Positions 1-12,798 of a stretch of DNA of 64,000 nucleotides are shown piece after piece. Every line of letters starts with the position of its first letter. The stretch's first letter is position 1. The notes under the pieces are model-generated. The model was not told the DNA's origin, ran no database searches, and saw only the letters and a program-made list of their open reading frames with translations. The DNA is from Chrysomallon squamiferum. Its lineage: Eukaryota; Animalia; Mollusca. A program made the position numbers and the translations under genes. Location of the stretch: NCBI GenBank assembly GCA_012295275.1, contig CM022671.1, forward strand, positions 31,682,001 to 31,746,000. Reading direction: 5' to 3'.

Positions 1-75
1 AGTCAAAATAGACTTAAACTGTATTTAAATCCATAGCAATGTGAGTTAAAGCCACCAGTTATTTAATAAACCCAC

Positions 76-294
76 CGGTTTTTCGCTGAATCCCAATCCA
101 AGAAAGTCAAGAAGTATAACTCTGGAAAACTGTTCCTTAAGTTCAGGTAGTATCTAAAATGAGGACGAAGAAGAAGAAAGATAAAATAAACAAATTCAAA
201 TAGATTTCTTTCATTTGTAAATAAAATTAAATTAACTTTCTGAATTAATTATTATTATTTCTTAAATTTAACCTGATGAATTTTGATTCAGATG

Positions 295-342
<48 letters not shown>

Positions 343-1111
343 GCTGTTGTTGTTATTGTTTTAATACGAACTAAAAGTCATCTCATCCAAAAATATAAAA
401 AGAAATCAGATCTCTTATGAAACTTTTAAAATCTTAATTTAAAGCATTTAAAAATTTAAAATAAATATTTACGTGTTATTTTTTTTTTTTTTTTTTAATG
501 TATTTATTTATTTTCGCTGATTAATTCTTCCGGAACAATACTTTGAACCAAACCTTAGTCCAGTCATGGCTGTTGGATGGAACTCCATGCAGACAAATAA
601 CCGTTCCTGATTTGCCCGTCCCCTCTTCGTCTGTTTAAATTAAAATATAGTTGTAGAAAATATTTTCCAAATTTAACCAGACGAAAAATAAAATTAAAGA
701 CCAGAATAAATCCATTTATTTTTATTATTATTATTTAAAATTATTAACATTATTAATTATTTATGGATAATTATGTTTATTTATTTTATTTTTTTTTTAT
801 TATTATTATTATTATTACTATTTTATCTTCTTGTTGTTGTTGTTTAGGAGAAAAGGTACAGTACAGACTCAGGTACAATATGCGGTTGGGTTTCTTTATT
901 ATACGGTTTTAACATCCCACTAATGTTTACTTTATTAATTAATAAATTCAAAAGATGTGTTACCAATGTAAAATATATCCATTTCAATATATCGCATTAT
1001 TTTTCCTTTCTGTTGCCATGCCAACAGTCTTTTAGAGAAATCTGGAGGTGGAAAGTAGATGAGAACCGCAAGAAACAGGAACAGAAATCCTACCACATAT
1101 GATGCAGCCAT
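76..1111 (-). CDS. MEST: MEST (mesoderm-specific transcript)-like alpha/beta hydrolase, first three coding exons (964-1111, 554-630, 76-153); gene continues beyond window start
   Basis: Manual splicing with GT-AG introns and matching phases gives MAASYVVGFLFLFLAVLIYFPPPDFSKRLLAWQQKGKIMRYIEMDIFYI-DEEGTGKSGTVICLHGVPSNSHDWTK-ILPELKEQFSRVILLDFLGLGFSEKP. This is colinear with the MEST N-terminus (..HIPPPQLS..W..GK..IFY.D..LHGFPTSSYDW.K..F.RVIALDFLGFGFSDKP). Not in the ORF track. Confidence 0.9.
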
Positions 1112-1849
1112 TTTCCATCTGAAACGTTTAATATTTTAATTTTAAACTTAGTTTATTGGTATCTTGCTTATTTTATATCAATGATGAGTGCCGAATCTTT
1201 GTGTGTGTGTGTGAGAGATATATAAATTTATTAATTCATTTGTTATAGTTTTCTAAAGACATTTAATTAGCAAATAATACCCTATCACTTTTGTTTCCTT
1301 TTCCTTCTCCAATTTTATAACGAAAACAAAATGTCTACAAAGACTAAGTCAACATAAATCATAAAACTTTAAAAACAACAACCAAAAAACCCCACCTAAT
1401 GACTGATGATTGCCAAATTTTATTCACTATTATTATTTTTTTTGTTTGTTTGTTTGTTTCATCTATAAATTTATTATTCTGTTTGTTCTCGTTTCAAAAC
1501 ATAATTAGTATATAATACCCGATTACTTTACTTCTTGCCTATCTATTTTTCTCAAGGTTAATAACGAAAACAAATTAATTTAAAAGACTAAGTCGCCATA
1601 AATTACAAAACTAATATCCGCATTCCGAAGACTAAAGTGAATTTTTATAATGGACCTTTGGCCTTTAATATTACATTTAACAGCGGTTGACACTTTCTAT
1701 TAATTATTACATATAAGATGTGTTATTCATTAGAACTAACAAACTAATAGATACTGCGATGCTTTAATACAGTTAGTTTCACAAGTCAACGAAATAATTT
1801 TCCGCATTCTCTATAGAAATCGAGAAACTATGGTAACAATAGTACTTAC

Positions 1850-1889
1850 CTTATCAGCAGGAAATAAGGGAGATAAATCGTATAATACT
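1850..1889 (-). other. Candidate upstream (5'UTR or N-terminal) 40-nt exon of the MEST-like gene
   Basis: On the minus strand, a ttttcag acceptor and an AAG|gtaagt donor flank 40 nt. The first coding exon is itself preceded by an acceptor (tttcag, AG at 1119-1120). Confidence 0.4.
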
Positions 1890-2111
1890 CTGAAAATACC
1901 CGATAAGATTGTGTTGAATATTAAAACAAATCTTTTTTGTTGTTGTTATTTCTTTTTAAATACGTATTAGAGTTTCACAGTAAATTTGTGCAATATGTGC
2001 TGTTACAATATTTATTATTTTTAACATATTTGATTACTTTATATATTTTCATTTATTTATTTATATTTTTGTTCTTATTTTATTTTTAATTATTATTACT
2101 TTGTTAGTTAG

Positions 2112-2163
<52 letters not shown>

Positions 2164-2521
2164 AATTCAAGGTTTCATACTGTTTCTTCTTTGGATATTT
2201 CAGCAACTCTAACTGAAAACAAAATCATTAGTTTATTGATAACAGTTTTAGAGTACTTACATAATCGTTAGTTCAAATAAAAAATTAAATTAAATTAAAA
2301 TAAAATAAATAAACGAAAAAGAGATTACTATTATCACAAATATGTACATACATACACCGACGCCGACACACACACACACACACACACATACATACATACA
2401 TGCAAATATATTATAGACAAACATACATGTGTACATAGTACATAACTGGTCGGTCACAGTTCGTTTTTCCCTGCTCATATTAAAAACTCTGTTGCTGTGT
2501 TAAGAGGGGGACCTACCTACC

Positions 2522-2524
<3 letters not shown>

Positions 2525-2605
<81 letters not shown>
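2525..2605. repeat. Compound (CT)n-(AT)n microsatellite
   Basis: Direct inspection. Confidence 0.95.
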
Positions 2606-2606
<1 letters not shown>

Positions 2607-4813
2607 TTTTGGTCATATTATGTATGACATGAAGTAAAAGTAGATTTAATATACTACCATTTCTTTTCTCTATTAGTAAGAACAAAAATCTACATTTTGT
2701 GTACAAGAATATAATTAAATCACCTCTCTTTAGACGCACGTGACCTCTGTGGGTAAACAGATTCGTGTTACACACGCTTTGATCTTTCCTACCCATTCAT
2801 TAGTGGCAGGTGAAGGGAGCTAACTTTGTTTACGCAAACCTTAGTCAGGTGTTGTCGTCAGAAGACTGGTTTTTCTCGCGACCGCACAGGCATCTCGCTC
2901 AAACACGTGACCTAGAGGATTTGCAGACGACAGCCCAGAAGATCTGCAGATGACAAAATGTACTCGATCAACGCGCTGAAATAACTTACCGTGGACACAA
3001 AGGAATGTTTGTTTAGAGGCTAAGCATGAAAGGTTCTGATTCTAACCTACTCTTTATGACCGACCATCTGTAGCTGTGTCTGTTGAATGTGTTCGCGTAT
3101 TTTATCGGCGACAGTAATCCCAAGTTTGCCTTTCTGTAAGTGTGACTGTCTGGAAAATCACATGCAACTGAAATTTTATTCTCTTTTTATTTCCTTGCCT
3201 TTTCTTTTCTGTAGTTTTTCCTGGTTTTTTTTTTTGTTTTCTTTTCTTTTTTTTTTTTTTTTTTTTTTTTTTTTCTCTCTCTCTCTCTCTCTTTCTGTAA
3301 TGACAACTTTTTCAAATGAAAGAATTAATGTCTAACGACACCCCAGCGTGAAAAACATATTGTGTGTTTGTTTGTCTGTGGCGTGGTGTACATGTATAAA
3401 TATATATTTGATCCCCTTAGCTATGCAATATATTTTAAACTCAGTTATTGAATCTTTGAATTGTATTTTTAAGCCAGAGATTGTGGTTACGTGAATATCA
3501 GTTTTCTGCCTGCGTGAAACCTCTTTTGTTGGTCCGTTTCACGAATGTTACTATTCTGCTTCCCGTTTCTATAATTACCGATGAATCAGACGTTTCAACT
3601 TGACATTTTAACACGACGCTCCCTCGTTCATTTCATCTTTTAGGACGACTGAACCAATCGAAGGTCGTGAGAAACTGTTACTGATGACTCGCACGGTTAA
3701 ACAGCTAGGTTTGTTTTCTCGTTCCAAAACTTGCGCCAAAACTGATAACTGTAACAGTATCTGTATTATCTGTGTGAGCGAGCAGATCCTTTGGGAAGGA
3801 AGAAGTAAACATTAATTAAGTGACAGTTAACTGCAGTAAGCAGACACAGAGTTTTTAATATGAACCCTCCCATAGGCTGGAAAAAACCCACAGATTATTA
3901 TAAACCAGTCATGAACAGAAGTCTTAATAGATACTCGTGTTCAAACATCGCGCCATCACCCCCCCACACACAATAGTATTATACATACACTGACAGACAG
4001 ACATGCAGACAGAGATAGATAGATTGCTGGTATGAGTTGTGTGGGTGGGTATGGGTGTGGGTGTGGGTGTGGTATGGGCGTGGCTGTGGCTGTGTGTGTT
4101 ATTGATAAATGATTTTTTTTTTTAATATCGAAAGCTTCAGGCGGTGTTATTTGGACTGTAAACTATTTTATATAATCTTTTCTCGTATTTTCAACAACCA
4201 GCTAACTATAGTTTTTTCTCATGCTATTTCTGAAATAATCTTTTTATTTACTGATTGATTTATTCACTGATTTACAGATTGTTATTATTTCTTCTGTATT
4301 CTGATTTTAAATTTTTAACACATCTTCTAACATAAAATCTATTTAAATTTGGCATGTTTTCAGGTTTCAGAAGTTCCGGTATATATTCTGCATATTACAT
4401 ATCCTGGGTTTGTGCGCAATTTTAATATCCTTTGTGGAATTTTAAATACATTTTCTATCAAATTACCTTCTTCATCCCGTTTCCCAATGCTATTAAAGAA
4501 GCCATGCGTTAAACATAAAACCAAGAATGTCAATGAAGAGTCAAATCAATTTAAATAAAAACGAGTGGTTGTGTGACACACGTAATAAAAAATTCACCTT
4601 TGCAGCTGAAGCTAACTTGAATTGCAGGTAATATATACGTCGTAAAGCAATAACTTTATTTGAGCGGCTGTGAATAAATTAATAATATTCTCGTTTTTGT
4701 TTACTCTGATTTCGAAAGTATATTCTATGATTTAAAAATAAAGCAAAAGAGAAAAAGAACAGTTTTTAAATAACAAGTATATTATATTAATGTGTAAAAA
4801 AGCAAATAAACAA

Positions 4814-4817
<4 letters not shown>

Positions 4818-4891
<74 letters not shown>
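4818..4891. repeat. (AG)n microsatellite; further (AG/CT)n tracts at ~9131-9217, 17751-17853, 18329-18388, 21067-21133, 33090-33173, 34628-34684, 35323-35385, 35983-36083, 36461-36612, 38888-38968
   Basis: Direct inspection; these tracts produce the poly-RE/poly-LS ORFs. Confidence 0.95.
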
Positions 4892-4892
<1 letters not shown>

Positions 4893-5451
4893 GAAGAAAT
4901 GAAATAAAATATATGTACATTAACAGAAAAACAGCGAGACACAAAGAGACTTATACAAAGAAACAGAGAGATAATAGCAATAATAGTTATAAGAAAGAGC
5001 CCATATTTGAACAATCATTTCTAAAATTCGTACATAAAAGAAGAAAATACCACGGACAGTCTATGTATCTCTAGACTCACACAACAGACAGCGAAACAAA
5101 AACGCATGCTATACTGAACTGTTTGTCTTGATAGTCAGTAGCCATGATCTGTACTTGAAGAAAGCTTATCTTCTTCATTCGGCTATACTGAAGATTTCAT
5201 TCAGCTGTGAATGATTTACTTCGACTTGCCATTCATAAAGAGAGGACAGAAACAAGTGGGTGTGTGCATGCCTTTGTGTGTCCTTCTATTGCGACACGGG
5301 CACATTCCACAAATAGATAAGAGTTAGAAGGGTGTTCTCGTGACAGAGCATGTCTTTATTTAGTTTATTTTCATCTTCTTTATTTATTTATATATATATT
5401 TTTTTTATCATTTATGTATTTATTTATTTATTTATTTATTTATTTATTTTA

Positions 5452-5494
<43 letters not shown>

Positions 5495-6461
5495 GTGTGT
5501 GTGCCTTTTTTCGTCTTTAGAAAACAACAACAACAACGTAATAATAACAATAATACTACTAATAATAAAATGTTTGCTTTGAATGTAGGTCCTCGTTTTA
5601 CGATTATTACAAGAGTTTTATTATTATTACGTTAGTTAGCTGCAGTCACTGTTGTTGTTACTGCTGTTGATCTTTGGTATGCAGTAACACAGAAGCAAGC
5701 CAGTATATTTTCTTTTCGTTGTTGTTGTTGACTTCTTTTAACAATTACCATAAATACATTTTAAAAATTAAAAAAAATATATATTTTAAATTTTGTTTTC
5801 GTTTTTGCTGACTTTTGCTCGTATAGGGATTGTTGCTCTAAATACTTTTAAGTGTATTTTTTTTTATTGCCGTCTTCGTTGTTTTGCTGATGTTGTTACT
5901 GATCCTTGATACGGGATGAATAACCATAAGCGTATTTTGTTTACCATCAAGATAAGTTTTATTGCTTTTCTTACGATTATCATGCACTGTTGTTATCGCT
6001 GAGGATTACGATTTTGACGATAGTGATGATAATCTTGATTTATGATGTTGAAGTCGTTGTTGCTACAGTGTTGTTGACCTTTGTTACGTATCCAACTGTA
6101 TGTTTACTGCTGTTGGTGATGGTAATGGTGGTGTCGCTGTCGATATTTAACGGCATACTTTTAAAAGTACTTTTTCATTACTGTTGCTTTTATTGATGTT
6201 GTTGTTGTCGTTGTTCTTGTTGTTGTTGATGATGATGATGATGATGGATGATGATCTCTGATAGAAGGAACAGATGTATATTTAAGATATGATATGTTAT
6301 AAATTCCCCTCAGAAACATGAAGAATGTTTTTGTTTGTTTTGTTTGGATGTGCACATATTCGGTATTCATCACATTAGCTATATATAGACTGGACAGTAA
6401 AAACGTAAGCTATTTAAGTAAATATATACTACTTATCTTTTAATAATAATAATAATAATAA

Positions 6462-6499
<38 letters not shown>

Positions 6500-6737
6500 G
6501 TTTATTTTCTTTATTTATAGCGTTTATTTTTTCCATCTGATGCACATTTCACTAAAACTTATTTTATCTTGTTCTTAATCATTTATTAAATATTAGATAC
6601 ACTAAATAAATATTGTTTATTTGCAAACTTTGACAACAATATTAATAAAGAACAACTATTATGCTGCAACTCCAAGTATGTCGGAAGCCATTTTTAAATA
6701 TTTAATGACGTCACTACGTACACAGAAAAGCAAAGTA

Positions 6738-6778
<41 letters not shown>

Positions 6779-8117
6779 TTAATAATAATAATATCCAGTT
6801 ATATTATATTTATTTCTTCCTGCACAATATTTTTCATTTTAATTTAGTTTTTTAATCCTTTTGTTTACAATAATCAGTAAAATTACCTATTTATACTGTT
6901 AAATAAGCAAAGCTAACATCATAAAAAGCTGCTTAGTTTCGGATCAATTCCACGAAAAACAAAACTGTAGATTTCACAATCATCTCAGGGCGAAGTCTTG
7001 ACTGCAAAATGTCACTTTGATCAACAGTCTTGTCACGCAATAATCTTTACTAAAATATACATAAAGTTAACCCTGGAAGTTTTCCCGTCAAGATTGGAAA
7101 TTTAATATCAGAGTACAGCATGTCATGGACCATGACAACCAAGGAATTCTAGTAATGTTGCTGATGAATGCACTGTGTTAAAATAAAAAGAATAAAAAAA
7201 AAAAAAAAAAAAGATAATAAAAAACAAGGAGACATGGATCGACAGAGAGGGTTACAAAAAGTTACGAAGTGTTGTATTGTTAGTTGTACAATGCAGATCT
7301 TGTTGATGATTACATGTGAGATGAGACTAGCTTTGTTCATATTGCGAGTTCATGAGTGCAGGCACGTAGATATTTTTCTATAGGCTCTCTATTACGTGCG
7401 ATTATTCTTGTATAAGCTCTCTATCGTGTAGGAGCATGAACATTTTTTCTTTCAGCCTTCTGTTGTTACAGGTCTAAATATATATAGCACGTGAATATTT
7501 TCTAACAACCTCCCCATCTACTGATATTATCTTCTAAACTCTCTGCTTCATGGATATTATACCTGATCATTTTTTAATAGCTCTCTTTCTCATAGACATA
7601 ATGCGTGATGTGTTTTTATTACCTCCGTCTCTAATATAAAGCATGATGATTTTTCTTCAAGTTCTCAATTCACGCATCTACGTACGTGGATATTATTTAT
7701 TTATTTATTTATTTATTGTTTAATACAGATAATTATATTAAAATGAAAACGAAGCAAAAAAATAGTCTCAATTTGTGAGGACGTCGCCATCAGAAAGAGA
7801 CTTCCGGTTTCCTTGTTCATCAGAATTGCCATAAATTATTTTACATAATTATTTATTTACTTACATCTTTATTTAACTATAAAAATATCTGAAAACTATA
7901 AACTCTCGTTTCATTTCAGGAACATAAATATGATTTCTGCTATAACATAAAAATAAAAAGTTGATAACAATCTTCTCGCTAAAACCAAATGTAATATCCT
8001 GCATTAGAATTAAGGATTTTTGTGTTTTATAAGTTTTAAAACGGTATTATCTATTGTCATGGATGTTAAATGCTTGAGAATAAGTAAATCTCTGATATTG
8101 TTGGAGCTAACTAAACA

Positions 8118-8202
<85 letters not shown>

Positions 8203-8413
8203 TGCAGTAGTAGTCGTAGTAGTAGTAGTGGTAGCAACAACAGCAGATGTAGTAGTAGTAATAACAATAACATTAATAATAATAATAACAGTAATAATAA
8301 TAACAACAATAGCAATAATAATAATACTAACAACAACAATAGCAATAATAGTAATAATAATAATAACAACAACAATAGCAATAATAATAATAATGACAAC
8401 AACAATAACAATC

Positions 8414-8450
<37 letters not shown>
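8118..8450. repeat. Long degenerate (AAT/AAC/AGT)n trinucleotide tract
   Basis: Direct inspection; source of the poly-N/poly-I/poly-L ORFs. Confidence 0.9.
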
Positions 8451-8451
<1 letters not shown>

Positions 8452-8989
8452 CCTATCCCTGACTGATCACAGTACGAGATTGCCTATTATCTTGTTCATC
8501 GATCCGTCAAATAAATACAATAAGAGAATATGAATGAGACAGAACTGGTGAAATTTCATTCCACATTGTGTTCAGGTATCTGGCTATTGCCTTTCACAAA
8601 ACCAGTGGCGGAACTAAAATGAAACCCATAACGTGATGATTCATATCAGTGACATATATTAAATCTTCCTAGCATATGACCGTTTCTAAAATATGAATCA
8701 GTTGTTACTTTGCAGATTTAATCATTATTATACTTCAGTAGTATTACTAGTAGGAGGAGAAGAAGAAGAGGATCATGATGGAGAAGAAGAAAAACGGTAA
8801 GAACAAGTGGGGCGAGGTGAACAGCTGCCAGATCAAAAAGAAAAATGAAGAGAAGCAACGAGGAGAGCAAATGTGTAATATGAACAGAATGAAAAAGAAC
8901 ATTTTGACGTGGAACAAGAGCAAAAGATGTAGTACAAGAACAAGAAATTTCTTAACCAAAAAAAAAAAAAAAAAAAAAAAAAAAAACGA

Positions 8990-9030
<41 letters not shown>

Positions 9031-9128
9031 ATAATAATATCAAGGCAACAATCTAATATAAATCTGAAGAACAAAATAAATTAGTAAAGGATAAGAATAA
9101 TAATAATAATTTTAAAGATATATATAAT

Positions 9129-9220
<92 letters not shown>

Positions 9221-9984
9221 TTTTTGGAGAAACATCTGACCTGTCTTACAAGAAAACATAAAAGGGCTGAATTCCACTTAATAAAGCGGTAATTGTATAC
9301 ATAATAAAATCACGTCTTGACCATGTTCTCGTTGTACGAGTCAGAATAATTACTTGTCCTTACGCTGTCATCCATGAAGATGATTTCGTACATCTTCGCG
9401 AGATAAGGTTAGTATCAGCGTTACTGAATACCATCATAATAAGAACAACACTGTAAATGTCATACTACTCTGACACTACTTACTTATCTTTTTGTACACC
9501 TTAGCTATTGCAGGTCACCAGGTAGATAGGTAACTGACATCAACTGACTTCTTTTTTTTTTTTTTAAACTTCAAAGGTTATAGGTTGTAATAATATTATA
9601 AAACGTGTCATGAATTTTAAAATAATGATTCTGTGAATACAAGTATTGAAAACGTTATGAATATGAAAATCGTATTTCGTATATTTTTATTAAATGTTGT
9701 TTAAGTGTATAAAAAAGACATAAAATAATGTTTATATTTTATTTATATGGCTTTTGAAATTTAAATATTTAGTTTTAAAACTGTACATGCACTGTAACAA
9801 AAGTTATAAAACCGTTTGTATTGATACTAAACTGCAGATGAAACACACCCTTTTCTTTCCATTTCGAGTTAAAGTACGAATAATATTAATACATTTGATA
9901 ATAATAACAGCAATTGTAATAATAATAATAATAATAATAATAAATCGTAGTAGTAGTTGTTGTAATAATAGTGGCGAAAATAAC

Positions 9985-10033
<49 letters not shown>

Positions 10034-11356
10034 CAACATTAAGGTGGACAAATATGCACAAAAAATACCTAAAATACGATTTTTGAATATTAATCTTGAA
10101 ACCATAAACTGTTCCTGGACAGATTATTATTTACAAATCATGGGCAATTGTTCTCAACCTGAGACCGTAGATTATAATAATAATAATAAACAAATATAAA
10201 ATTATATATAAAATATATGTATATAAAGCTGCCAGTACTCAGTTGTTAAACACTTAGAAAAAACAGTAGCCTGAAAATATCGCCATACTATTAAATTTGA
10301 AACACGGGGGCAGCAGTAGGGTGCCATTACCCTATATTTATCCTTCTTAATTCTTTATTCCCGACCGATGTTGTTTTTCATCATGATAAAACTATCTTTA
10401 AATATTTAAAGTTATTTTATACACAATATAACGCCCCAGATATCCATCATTATTAATGTAGGCGCCCCATATAACCAACACAATATAGGCGCCCCGTATT
10501 TCTGAAATCCTGGATATGTTGTCCCTGAATATTAACGTTTGAGTCTTGTTTAAACATCTGTAAGTCTGACCTGCTGAGCGTCCGTTTGTATTCGAATAAC
10601 AATGTTCTTGATTACACGTCAGTTTAAAAACTGTTTCACAGTTAATAAACGATTCTTACAGAATCTCTTTAATTTTTCGCTGATGACACGATCAGTATAT
10701 GTTATCTGTTGTTTGATGATTTCATTGTCCGTTAGATTTGTACAGTGAATTTCGTAACGACCATATCAAGTACAAAACAGAGCACTGATATAACATTTTT
10801 TGTCTTTTTGTTTTTAGTATTTTTGACTGTTTGTGTTTCTTTTACAAAGAACGAAAATCTGATTAATGATCAGTAACAACAAATTAAGTTATCAAATAAT
10901 TACAGGAATGAATCGAATCGACATCAACACACAACTAGAAACCGTCTTTGTAAAACGAAAACCATGCAGATTCCATGAAGAGTTTACAAGTGATTCACAT
11001 CGAATTATTTCCGAATAAAATACCATAACAAACTGAACTTAATGTCTTTTTCTGTAATAGAAGAAGAGACAAATTTCCAAAATAATTATTTAATAATATC
11101 TATTTGTTTGATATAGAATGACTGAACGTTTTGAAATATTTTTTTTTTCCCCTTTTTAATATTTAATGTTGGCTACAGGTATAAAAACAATGAATCTGAC
11201 ATTAAGAAAGTAAAAATTTTTTACCAATCAAAATTAAGAAATCACTTGATGACCTCAATTCTTTTTTTCACTTCCGTTTTTATTACGGTCAATAAACAAT
11301 TCATATTCTCATACATTTTTGATGTACCCTTGTTATTTTGTTATTTTCCATTCATG

Positions 11357-12709
11357 TTAATAATAGTCCGGTTCTGGAACATCTTCGTACGCGTAGTGGT
11401 AGCTTCTGCGATCTTCCTCCTGTGAACTATAGCGCACCACACCAGGAGGAGGCACCGATTCAGACTGTCTTTCGTTGCGGTTCCAAACCTTTTCACGCAG
11501 CTTATTTGAAGTCTGTAGATCAGTAGCCGGCACATTTCGAACATGCTGCATGCTCATATCAGCGGAGTCGAAATAGTAAGCTTGTCCAGACACTTTCAGT
11601 AGGTCAGGAGAAACGATGGTTGGTTTTGGTGCGTTTAAAGCTGTTTTAATGCTAACAGCATCGATATCCAGCTTGCCCCCCCTCATTGCAGCAGGTCCGC
11701 CGCGGACCTGCTCGTTGACTTTGTCAAGTCTAGGTACGCGCAGCGCTTTCTGAATGGACACCGAGCTTGCGTCAAGAGCTGCTTTTTCCTCTCTCGGTTT
11801 ATGTGACTGGCAGTAAATGTTCAAGTCCTCCATGTCGTTAGGGTTAAAATTAAAGCTTTTCAGATTCAGCAGTGATGAACAGACGACACAGCGAAAACAT
11901 AACTTGTGGTAAAGAACTTCCTTGATAGGTCCGATCTTTTCCATGGCGTAGACTTTCTTTCCGCATCTCATACACAGGTCTTTCAGTTTGGGTTTTGTGT
12001 AATTCGGGGCCACTGTATGGAAAACAGGAGATTCAAGCTGCTGCTCCGGCATCGGTGAAGATGGCATCGACGACGGCAACGACTCAGACAGGCTAGATGC
12101 AGTGGAGCTGAAATCATTGATGCTGGATGTTTCTGCTTGTTCTCCAGTAGAACTGGACACCATCTTTGTCGACATTGGTCCGCTCTGATCGAAACCGTTC
12201 TCGGGAATAGTCGACGTTATGTACTGCGGGCTGGTAACATAGGTGGTACACGCTGGCTCGCTCAACGGCTCAGTAACAAACGCTGGCAGTTGGTTCAGGT
12301 TTTGAGTTACACGCGCTGGTGACATGACAGTTTGATGGGTCAGTGTCGTCTGCAGTGCGCCATCAATCAAGTTGATATTCGAGTCCACTGCTGGAAAATG
12401 CAAAGGTTGTATTTCAGGTTTTGTTTTCGTCGCAGTATCCTTCACTGATATGACGGTGTAGTAGCCGGGCTGTGAATTCGACGTTAACCCAGTTGGTGAT
12501 GTGACCCCTACGGAACTGTAGACGGTCTGCTGCGGGATGATGAACTGGTTGGGGAGTGACGTGGCCGCGTCGTGCTGCACGGAAAGCGACCCGAAGTTGT
12601 TGACCAGTTCTGGGATTCCGTTTTCCTGTCCAGGAACCCACACTGTGGTCACGCCAGGGTTGGGGTTAGGGATATAGAGAGGTGTTTGGTTTCCGTTATT
12701 CCAGTACAT
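11357..12709 (-). CDS. 450-aa LIM-domain protein, hillarin/LTD-1-type LIM, single coding exon
   Basis: Long non-repetitive ORF with complete LIM ligands (CMRC..HKLC-FR-CVVC..CQSH). The VYAMEKIGPIK and post-LIM LDASSVSIQKALRVP..VNEQVRGG segments match the hillarin N-terminal region. A ttttcag acceptor 7 nt upstream of the ATG indicates a 5'UTR intron. Confidence 0.88.
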   Translation of the reverse strand: MYWNNGNQTPLYIPNPNPGVTTVWVPGQENGIPELVNNFGSLSVQHDAATSLPNQFIIPQQTVYSSVGVTSPTGLTSNSQPGYYTVISVKDTATKTKPEIQPLHFPAVDSNINLIDGALQTTLTHQTVMSPARVTQNLNQLPAFVTEPLSEPACTTYVTSPQYITSTIPENGFDQSGPMSTKMVSSSTGEQAETSSINDFSSTASSLSESLPSSMPSSPMPEQQLESPVFHTVAPNYTKPKLKDLCMRCGKKVYAMEKIGPIKEVLYHKLCFRCVVCSSLLNLKSFNFNPNDMEDLNIYCQSHKPREEKAALDASSVSIQKALRVPRLDKVNEQVRGGPAAMRGGKLDIDAVSIKTALNAPKPTIVSPDLLKVSGQAYYFDSADMSMQHVRNVPATDLQTSNKLREKVWNRNERQSESVPPPGVVRYSSQEEDRRSYHYAYEDVPEPDYY

Positions 12710-12759
12710 GATGTTTCTGAAAAATAAATATTAATATTAACCAGTGTAATTAGTTGGGT

Positions 12760-12798
<39 letters not shown>

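Noticed and set aside
4732-5074. Poly-RE/LS, poly-YI, poly-L/I/K ORFs here and across the window
   Set aside because: Translations of dinucleotide, trinucleotide and homopolymer repeats
8020-8466. Asn-rich 148-aa ORF that could be mistaken for a shell-matrix low-complexity protein
   Set aside because: It starts at TTG, is just an (AAT)n tract that is open in several frames on both strands, and has no splice context. The same repeat class is scattered throughout introns.
10304-10530. Possible MITE remnant with three (g)cgcccc motifs; similar weak candidate at ~25274-25476
   Set aside because: Terminal inverted repeats too degenerate and no TSD identifiable
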